From Ophelia neglecta (lineage: Eukaryota), in NCBI GenBank assembly GCA_965285935.1, contig OZ260664.1, positions 41,850,001 to 41,914,000 of the forward strand: a stretch of DNA of 64,000 nt, given 5' to 3'. The position numbers were made by a program, and so were the translations under genes. Positions 58,801 to 64,000 of this stretch are shown one piece after another (within the stretch, counting starts at the first letter, position 1; every line of letters begins with the position of its first letter). The notes under the pieces were generated by a model, which was not told where the DNA came from, did not search any database, and saw only the letters and a list, made by a program, of their open reading frames with translations.

Positions 58801-61800
58801 TTTATACCTATGCCTGGCCGTACTAATGGCTACAATATCAAGGTGAGCTGGTCGCATAGTATAATCAATTTTTTTATTTGTGTTTCATACTATATACAGT
58901 GATCAATGGATAACATCATAAGCGTAGAATATAAAACGACAAAAAGAGTACAAATAAAGACATAAAGCAAAAGGACTGTCTACTTTACTAAATCATGTTG
59001 TGTTGAATCATCAATGGCATCATGGCAGAGAGAATTCATACGGGCAGAGTGGTTATTGTATAAGTTGTGTACCGTCATATACACGCATACACGCTCATAT
59101 AAACATAAAGACCCCTTCATAATTACATATCCAAGGGGTCAGGGGTAAGACAGAAATGGGGCAGGTGTGACTAATGACTCAATCGGCGACATTTTCCCCC
59201 TTCAGTTCGAAGTAAAATCTGTGCTTAAACGGCTTCAGAAAGTGCAAAACTTCGCTGCTAGATTGGTTACTAAAATACGTGACCGCATTACACCGGGCTT
59301 GTATGATTTGCACTGGGTTCACGTGAAACACGGAATTGATTTCAAGCCTTCGTTGATGGCGTACAAGGTTCAGAATGGAGACGTCGCTGTGTGCATCTTC
59401 GAGCTGCTGCAGAGATACGAACCTACTCGTGCTCTGCAGTCAAAGAAACTATTACTTGTTAGACCAAAAATATGTGATGATCATAATCCACTTGCTAAGG
59501 ATTTTAAATTGAGTAATGCATATTTTTCAAATCTGACTGCTGTTGTAATAAGCAATGTTTTTTTGCATCCATATCTATTTGTTCACATATATTGTGAAGC
59601 TCCTTTGAACTTGACGTACTTAGGATGCTTAGCGCTATGTTAATGCTGCTATTATTATTATAAAATGTAAGTTCCATTCATTACTTTAATGCAGTTTACA
59701 ATCGATGTTTCGTTTAGATTGTGTCGACTACAGGTAACACTGCGGTTACAATCGGAGGAACCGTCGTTAAAACCATGCCATCGGCCGGGGAGACGTTTGT
59801 TTACGAGCCTCAATCAGCAACCGAAAGTGTCTTGGTGTCGACCAACAATCCTGTGTTGGCAGCGCAAATGATGAAAGGTATGTTCACCCGAGCTAGATGG
59901 GCGTTAAATATATTTTTTTTACAATTAGCGAGAGAATTAGCCCCTGAGCTCAACTTCATACAAACGTTGGCAGGTTAAAAAGAGCGCACGTGCTTCCAGT
60001 ATCATGCTTTTTAAGCTGTCATGCAAAAGCAAAAGCAGTTACTGTTGATTTTTGGATTACTTGAACCTATTTTTGGATTACTTGACCCTATTTTTGGATT
60101 TCTTGACCCTATTTTCCAACAAAACCATTTTCATAGTTACAAAAACACGTCTACCTTCACTAATGGTTCAACCTCCGACTTGTTACCTCTATTTTGATAA
60201 GTACTATCAATTTGTCTCTTTGATGTTACAAAGGTTCCAACACAGGCTCGACCAGCAGTGATCCCAGTATGTTAATCATACCTGCCCAGGAGACATGGAG
60301 ATCACAGTACACCTTCTCCACAATGCGAACAAGTGATTCAAATTTCACAAACCATGTTATTGTTGTAATACAAACATCAAAGGTACTCAAATATACCTTG
60401 TTTATTAAAATGTCGTTATTCACATTACCTAAAAGATATATAATTGGTCCTTCATAGGTGAGCATGTACTGGCTATTCTTTCCAGATACAATTCCTAAGG
60501 CTGGATAACCAGCTAGTGGACCCAAACGGTTGGGTGTCTATTCCAAGCAGTAGTCCTCTTATGTCTGGAAAAGCGCTTAGTATCAATGTAGGCATTCATT
60601 TCCTGACGACATCTAGTGGTGGCAAATTTGGTGCATACGTCTACGGTAATTCAGACAGTACATGTTCGTACTCCTACCCTGCCGGACAATGCGCATCTAA
60701 CTTGGTAAATACTCTTATCAATCAACAATATAAATCATCGTAAAATAATGAGAAATATACCCAAATAGGGAACCTTTCAATCGTTTCGAAAATCAATAGC
60801 AAATAAAGCCATCGTATAGGTTTTTTGCATTTCATCTCTTTCTGTTTTGTAGATTTCTAAAATGAATACAGGCGGTAAGTATGGGTTTTAGCTTTACCTT
60901 ATCAATTTTACGATTTTTGTTTTGCACAAGTCATTCAACATTCACATTTAATTAGTTTAACCTGATTATTGATTCAAATTTTGCTTGTGGCTCTGGTTTG
61001 ATTACATATTCTATTCGGCGACACTCAATTTCAATGTGTTTGTGTTGTATTTTTCCGACTTGAAGCCACTGGTGATAATACTGGATATACATTTGTGGCA
61101 CCTTATCCTGCCAACTGGGTGGGTACGGTTAAGATGTCATCGGAATCTGCGAGCGATGTGGCGGCTACAATCTCCTATCCGGGAATCACTGCAGCATGTA
61201 AGCAAAAATCACATATATATTCGCCGTAACACACAACTTATTTTACAAGCATGCTATTCAAGATTTACATTGTTTCTGTTGTAGGGCCAACAACTGTCAG
61301 ACGCGGCTCCCCTCAGGCATTCGATCTGACTGCCACTCCGACACCAGGACTGATAACTGTATTGGCCACAGGCATAATTTCCGTGCAAATTCAGGTAAAA
61401 TATATATTCCAGGTTTAATATTCCAACTGGTAGTTAGATAATAATCTTTACTTTTCGCAATGAAATAGTTTATCAAATGTATTTTATCCTTTAGTTGCAT
61501 TTTTTTGGAATTTCGTATTATTTTTTCTTTTTCTTATCAGCAAAGAGGACAAGGCTGCGCCGGGTACTTAGCAGTTGCATTTGAGAACTACGACAAGAAC
61601 TATGTGGTGACAACATGGAATAAGGATTCGGTTGTGTATATAGTATCGAACACAACCGAAAACGTAATAACTGGTACGTTTGGTGGGTCCGCTGCCACCC
61701 CGATAACATGGAGCGGCTCAACCTCTGGTGGAAACAGCAACGGTGGCAGCACCTTCTCAATAGATATGCGCCTGCATGGAAACTTCATAACTTTCACCAG

Positions 61801-64000
61801 CCCTGGTGACCTTAGCCTGACCAGTATCAACGCTCTTTCTCCCGTTGGTGTCTTTGCTGGCAACAAGAAAATTGCAATCGGCGAAACCACATCAAGCTTC
61901 ATGGATATAAACATGGAACAAATCCTGCCCACGTCGACATGGGGAAAGACGTTTTATATCCCCAACGTCCCAGGTATGCCTGAAATGTTTATTTGATATT
62001 TGACTGTGATATTTAACAGTGGTGACTGTTGGGGTGGGGACAGGAGGTTAAGCCCCTCCCCCCCCCCCCAATACCCACCTCCTCCTCCCTAATTTGTGTT
62101 TACAGATTGATCCCACGAGGGTCAGCTAAAAAAACTAAAAAATCAGTTGTCGAAAGGAATATTTAAACAAAATGACATTCAAAAGACTCATTTTTCAAAG
62201 CATGTCCTTGTTTATTTTGCCTTCCTACTAGGTTCTTCCAATGGGTATTATATCAAGGTAATAAGTTTAAAAACTGATACTACTATCACGGTGATTCCTT
62301 CTACCCCAATCACCAGAGCGGTGGGTTCCAACAAGATGGAGGAAGTGGAAATCAGTGACAATAGCGCTGCAATGCTGACCTCTAACCATCATATACAGGT
62401 ATGTGAACATGGATTAGATATGTTGTTAAAAATAAACATTGCCTTCACATGGATATATTACATTCACATATCTAAAAAAAACATGTTTGCACCAGTAATT
62501 GTAAAAAAAAACTCAATTTAATAGAAATTATCCATCATTAAAGGTGATTCAGTATGTGAAGAGCAAGACAACGTCTTCAGGGTCTGGTTTTCCAACCTCC
62601 TTTAACATAGTACCTGTGGAACAATACAATACCCATTACATCATCCGTCCAGTAGCTCCAAGTGACGTCACAACTGGTGTCAGTTATTTTATTACCATCA
62701 TCTGTAGGTCGGCTGATCTACCAGGACTTATTGTCAATGGTAATGCTCTTAACAAGTTACCAAAATACTTCGCAAAAAGCATATACGTAGTCTAGAACCA
62801 ACTTGAATCATCGATAGCCCATAAGGTTTTAGTTGATAAGTTACACCTGGCATCCATTTTGTTTGATATCAAAGAATACATGTGCGTTCCGTTGCAGGTG
62901 TGCCAGCCATCAACACTGTCGGATGGCGAATCCTTCAGGGTTCAAACCCGGAAACCCAAGCAACTACTTTTCTTGTACAACCTATTGAACAATATCTCAC
63001 ACACAACAACAAAAAGACGTTTGGCGTGTTTATGTACGTTGTTGACGATAACCCTAGTGGGTGTGCTTACGGACATCCAGCGGGTACCAGACTAAGCAAG
63101 ATAAATGTAAGTCCATATAACCGCGCAACGCTTAAACTTTTCTTTTGTTATATCGCTGCGTTGATTTTTGCGATGTTTGTGGTTAAATGGTAACTTTGGT
63201 AGCTTTGCGATCAAACCTTTTAGATAAATAATGATTATAAAACGAATGACTGTATAAATCAAAAATCTTTATATCGTTTTAAGTCGCAATCTTGTCTTTG
63301 CAGACCGGTGTTTTACCTGCACCAGAAACTGACGGAAATTCCTTTGCTGTTGTAGTAAACGATAATGACAGTAAGCTTTTCTATCAATCAAAGTACCACT
63401 GGAATTATATAGTTTCATGAGAATTATTAAATTTTAAATAACATTGTTATCTAATGGGTTTGCACCTTCAACACTGGTCAGTGTTGGATACATTAATGGC
63501 CTCTGTCTTTCGTTCTACATCAAACAGAAGAACGCTATTTCTCTTCTCAGTTGGGTGTACAAACAACAACCGTGGAACGGACTTTGTTCTGGTTTATATG
63601 CAAAATGGTGTCACCCAAAGTGATTTAGAACTACAGCTTTACCCAGCCTATACACGCTCTAATCAGATAACAGCTACCATCACCACACCCAAATATCTCG
63701 TCGGCGGGAATATGGCCATTAACCAACAGGTAGAAAATAAATAAAAGATTTTGATATAAAATCACCCTCAACCGTTTATGCAATCAACGCTGTTCACGAT
63801 AACACATTTAGGAACTAAAGGAAAGTAGTAAATACGTGTGTTTTTTATCGCTCGGATTCTTTGTTGGTGTTCGTTGACTGTGTGCTTAAATCAGTCTCAT
63901 GTTCTCATTATAAGGTGACACTTGTTGGAGGTAATGCTTCCCTAGTAACTATAAACAAAAACCTAATGGTAACGGGAACAAGAAAACAGCCCTATGGAAT
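6759..64000 (+). CDS. Giant secreted protein with at least 14 tandem IgGFc-binding-protein N-terminal-like domains, one CBM14 chitin-binding domain and a Gly-rich linker; about 103 coding exons, about 6,090 aa in window, 3' incomplete
   Basis: Manual exon chaining with GT-AG boundaries keeps one open frame, with matching phases at all junctions (one doubtful acceptor in repeat 1). Recurring FCGBP-N-type motifs such as DHIVEQMPPINTYGKEY, DLSGTKITATGRIAVWTG and FGAYxY..C appear once per repeat. No in-frame stop was found before the window end. Confidence 0.88.
9190..9520. repeat. Probable interspersed-repeat fragment (ggcggccatcttgga / caaggtca motifs)
   Basis: Motif combination typical of invertebrate non-autonomous repeats. 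Related motifs occur at about 13900-14200 (atggctgcc, tgaccttgacct) and about 23790 (aaaatggccggcg). Confidence 0.4.
12036..13680 (+). CDS. IgGFc-binding-like repeat 1 (exons 12036-12234 and ~12720-13680; second acceptor uncertain)
   Basis: DCPAVDMSRGNSFAF...; ADMSGSRITATNPIAVFGG; DYVLEQMP; FGLYVVG...CSFAFTPDRC; donor AAG|gtaaga at 13681. Confidence 0.75.
14047..14086. repeat. 10-bp tandem repeat (aggtcaaatc) x4
   Basis: aggtcaaatc aggacaaatc aggtcaaatc aggtcaaatc. Confidence 0.9.
14580..14607 (+). CDS. Linker microexon 1 (28 nt, PNAQMNEPF)
   Basis: ttacag|...|gtgagt; supplies the phase 0 to 1 bridge required between repeats. Confidence 0.75.
15906..18480 (+). CDS. IgGFc-binding-like repeat 2 (exons 15906-15977, 16100-16324, 17285-18480)
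   Basis: TCPIGSLEGGKY...; YKCGMIRALPDTALGYDYY; DISGIHI; FGAVMH...CTMSFVGGACLK; all phases match. Confidence 0.85.
18703..18721 (+). CDS. Linker microexon 2 (19 nt, PKTDPE)
   Basis: ttttcag|...G|gttagt; phase 0 to 1. Confidence 0.75.
19101..22062 (+). CDS. IgGFc-binding-like repeat 3 (exons 19101-19234, 19353-19470, 19730-20043, 20192-20561, 20763-20979, 21918-22062)
   Basis: VCVSGSHTGTKFYL; GGCGGFHLLPERSLGQFY; GHMVEQAIP; FGAYLYE...CSVGHALDFC. Confidence 0.88.
21100..21730. repeat. Degenerate inverted repeat / foldback element in an intron
   Basis: agagacagaagta (21331-21343) pairs with tacttctgtctct (21574-21586), with weaker similarity extending both ways. The left arm is purine-rich with a G run and the right arm is pyrimidine-rich with a C run. 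Confidence 0.55.
22176..22206 (+). CDS. Linker microexon 3 (31 nt, IPATGVIPAN)
   Basis: tttcag|...G|gtaagt; phase 0 to 1. Confidence 0.8.
22317..25768 (+). CDS. IgGFc-binding-like repeat 4 (exons 22317-22431, 22538-22664, 22877-23040, 24169-24273, 24469-24623, 24771-24974, 25281-25768)
   Basis: DYLGKQFYFTF; GGCGATMVIPRDALGSDYY; DFTGTRVQ; DHIVEQMPPINTYGKEY; FGLTVYG...FCAIS. Confidence 0.88.
23113..23162 (+). repeat. Dispersed ~50-bp repeat, with a second copy at 34155-34205 and a partial copy near 44884
   Basis: tattcttgaataatgatttgcctttgtctgccgggtatccatccccgttt aligns with tattcttgactgatgatttggcgtaagtctgccgggtatctacgcccgttt; probably a decayed SINE-like fragment. Confidence 0.55.
26239..26257 (+). 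CDS. Linker microexon 4 (19 nt, KADTAE)
   Basis: Long T tract, ccag|...G|gtagga; phase 0 to 1. Confidence 0.7.
26398..29764 (+). CDS. IgGFc-binding-like repeat 5 (exons 26398-26499, 26615-26733, 27026-27233, 27848-28000, 28121-28314, 28599-28763, 29071-29231, 29389-29467, 29600-29764)
   Basis: VCHSSFAGVEFY; SGCGATQLLP; DLSGTYIHSDTRIAVFSG; MEQLPPTHTFGRQY; FGAWIF...CTVAYNAGSCI. Confidence 0.88.
29834..30176. mobile_element. MITE / non-autonomous DNA transposon (343 bp) with perfect 24-bp terminal inverted repeats
   Basis: ccagcggcataaagtctggagact (29834-29857) is the exact reverse complement of agtctccagactttatgccgctgg (30153-30176). Flanks are tatt / tata, an imperfect TSD. No coding capacity. 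Confidence 0.8.
30533..30572 (+). CDS. Linker microexon 5 (40 nt, PDPIPPISAVPAT)
   Basis: cattcatag|...G|gtaagc; phase 0 to 1. Confidence 0.8.
30779..32872 (+). CDS. IgGFc-binding-like repeat 6 (exons 30779-30969, 31080-31331, 31507-31801, 32043-32186, 32487-32872)
   Basis: VCNADYSGKRFVVMF; ACGSYQVIPTDAIGWNYY; DYMVEQLTP; FGAYMY...CSALQTIGFCL. Confidence 0.88.
31810..31899. repeat. Compound microsatellite (TGAT)n followed by (TTTAC)n
   Basis: Directly visible just after the donor at 31802. Confidence 0.95.
32991..33027 (+). CDS. Linker microexon 6 (37 nt, PVIPDPAVHQAA)
   Basis: tttctag|...T|gtaagt; phase 0 to 1. Confidence 0.78.
33201..36003 (+). CDS. IgGFc-binding-like repeat 7 (exons 33201-33325, 33569-33667, 33751-33855, 33987-34053, 34303-34466, 34674-34923, 35089-35320, 35504-35616, 35846-36003)
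   Basis: RCNTDYFGRFFVL; EGCGAFQVIPFDGLGYTY; DFVVEQMLP; FGAYIF...CSIAYQAGGCL. Confidence 0.88.
36541..36583 (+). CDS. Linker microexon 7 (43 nt, PQPRLTTTTIAPIN)
   Basis: ttgcag|...G|gtaagg; phase 0 to 1; Pro/Thr-rich. Confidence 0.8.
36960..41081 (+). CDS. IgGFc-binding-like repeat 8 (exons 36960-37165, 37423-37530, 38442-38735, 38962-39111, 39462-39688, 40407-40524, 40899-41081)
   Basis: QCTLDYEGDEFIFTF; GGCGGFQVLPKESLGYSYY; DHIVEQMMP; FGAYLYG...CSILTQIGMCL. Confidence 0.88.
41575..41626 (+). CDS. Linker exon 8 (52 nt, TTIPPEPPTTRSPEPMP)
   Basis: ttacag|...G|gtaaac; phase 0 to 1; mucin-like P/T content. Confidence 0.8.
41947..46494 (+). CDS. IgGFc-binding-like repeat 9 (exons 41947-42071, 42743-42939, 43570-43749, 44454-44742, 45345-45601, 45890-46049, 46384-46494)
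   Basis: RCRKDYIGREFALVF; GNCGGYMAIPTDAL; DHTVEQLPPVTTFGREF; FGATVYG...CAYGYPAGMCL. Confidence 0.9.
46802..46991 (+). CDS. Chitin-binding type-2 (peritrophin-A / CBM14) domain exon
   Basis: CPNPSITEKIIDPTTCSSYYVCAFGRLLKQDCPSTYEFSPVVRTCVPAQQAFC has spacing C-x14-C-x5-C-x9-C-x12-C-x7-C, with the typical DPxxCxxYYxC and CPxxxxF motifs. The exon is phase 0 to 1. Confidence 0.9.
47869..50662 (+). CDS. IgGFc-binding-like repeat 10, divergent (exons 47869-48099, 48331-48593, 48761-49003, 49176-49387, 49797-49911, 50185-50270, 50560-50662)
   Basis: EEGRRYHIAL; GSCSDYKPLP; DMSGTYIFG; SMIPVDSWSRNF; FMAWQY...GGCNK; phases consistent. Confidence 0.85.
50845..53042 (+). CDS. Gly-rich low-complexity linker (exons 50845-51031 and 52959-53042)
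   Basis: GVAGTP-GLGVTG-GAGFTS-GVGVTA-GIGGTQ-...-GIGGAP-GIGATG, then GASFTGIAGTTTPTTISTSAAAIIPPV; phases 0 to 1 and 1 to 1. Confidence 0.8.
53351..56701 (+). CDS. IgGFc-binding-like repeat 11 (exons 53351-53523, 53686-53748, 53933-54040, 54262-54428, 54587-54731, 55223-55330, 55602-55766, 55879-55997, 56345-56495, 56588-56701)
   Basis: STYGTRFVL; GSCAIYTALP; DLTGTLI; IQLMPVINLGSNY; IPAVEQW; DCSYGFPAG. Confidence 0.85.
56888..56960 (+). CDS. Linker exon 11 (73 nt, EIFDVALPPSTSTTSGPIIDPFPS)
   Basis: tttttag|...G|gtaata; phase 0 to 1. Confidence 0.8.
57501..60704 (+). CDS. IgGFc-binding-like repeat 12 (exons 57501-57682, 57798-57911, 58252-58455, 58570-58842, 59718-59877, 60234-60382, 60486-60704)
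   Basis: SCEQSNMGKEFIIGF; GSCDGYMAYP; DLSGTRLLSNYPIAVVVG; DPSMLIIP; FGAYVYG...CSYSYPAGQC. Confidence 0.9.
59205..59662 (+). mobile_element. 5'-truncated non-LTR retrotransposon remnant (L2/CR1-group LINE ORF2 C-terminus plus 3' tail)
   Basis: LQKVQNFAARLV...ITPGLYDLHW..VK..IDFK...AYK..NG...YEPTRALQS is the characteristic post-RT C-terminal segment. It ends in gcgctatgttaatgctgctattattatta, a short tandem-repeat tail. Confidence 0.8.
60048..60115. repeat. 21-bp tandem repeat x3 (atttttggattacttgaccct)
   Basis: Three near-identical copies; these produce the spurious DYLxLFL ORF. Confidence 0.9.
60853..60874 (+). CDS. Linker microexon 12 (22 nt, ISKMNTG)
   Basis: ttttgtag|...G|gtaagt; phase 0 to 1. 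Confidence 0.78.
61066..63106 (+). CDS. IgGFc-binding-like repeat 13 (exons 61066-61197, 61285-61394, 61541-61973, 62232-62398, 62544-62739, 62898-63106)
   Basis: DNTGYTFVA; QGCAGYLAV; PVGVFAGN; MEQILPTSTWGKTF; FGVFMY...CAYGHPAG. Confidence 0.88.
63304..63370 (+). CDS. Linker exon 13 (67 nt, TGVLPAPETDGNSFAVVVNDND)
   Basis: ctttgcag|...A|gtaagc; phase 0 to 1. Confidence 0.75.
63551..64000 (+). CDS. IgGFc-binding-like repeat 14, partial (exons 63551-63729 and 63915->64000)
   Basis: GCTNNNRGTDFVLVYMQN...LELQLYP; the second exon is open to the window end. Confidence 0.85.

Noticed and set aside
31810-60115. Short tandem repeats as a CRISPR array or other prokaryotic system
   Set aside because: No repeat-spacer structure, and the context is clearly a eukaryotic intron-exon gene.
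17427-61932. Minus-strand and alternative-frame ORFs overlapping exons (e.g. 17427-17657, 18183-18488, 32483-32767, 39446-39682, 61600-61932)
   Set aside because: Shadow ORFs of GC-richer coding exons, with no independent motifs or splice structure.
12036-64000. Interpretation as a tandem cluster of separate single-domain genes
   Set aside because: No stop codons, new signal peptides or promoter-like gaps between repeats; each repeat ends at a splice donor and is bridged by an in-phase linker exon.

Overview
Eukaryotic (invertebrate-type) genomic DNA with AT-rich introns and canonical GT-AG splicing. Almost the whole window is one giant + strand gene that runs off the 3' end. Walking splice sites by hand gives about 103 coding exons from an ATG at 6759 to the window end (about 18.3 kb CDS, about 6,090 aa). 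Reading frame and intron phase are consistent at every junction, although one acceptor in repeat 1 is weak and doubtful. The predicted protein is a long signal peptide followed by at least 14 tandem, highly diverged ~390-500 aa repeats. These resemble the N-terminal domain of IgGFc-binding protein (FCGBP; Pfam IgGFc_binding-like), with motifs G-x-x-F, C-G-x4-P-x3-(L)G-x2-Y, D-L-(S/T)-G-T-x-I, (A/V)VF-x-G, DH-x-VEQ-x-x-P, P-x-x-EQW/Y and FG-A-Y-x-Y...C. Short Pro/Thr-rich linker exons separate the repeats. One linker slot holds a 6-Cys peritrophin-A/CBM14 chitin-binding domain and another holds a Gly-rich hexapeptide repeat. No vWD/C8/TIL modules or GDPH motif were seen, unlike vertebrate FCGBP. 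Main observations: (i) first and last Cys co-vary perfectly across 13 complete repeats, implying a head-to-tail disulfide clamp; (ii) there is a strict phase-1/phase-0 domain-plus-linker exon grammar; (iii) internal intron patterns differ strongly between repeats; (iv) a segment appears to be missing from repeat 1. Introns carry a MITE with 24-bp TIRs, an L2/CR1-type LINE 3' remnant, a degenerate foldback, microsatellites and short tandem repeats. Family assignments come from motif recognition only; no database search was run.
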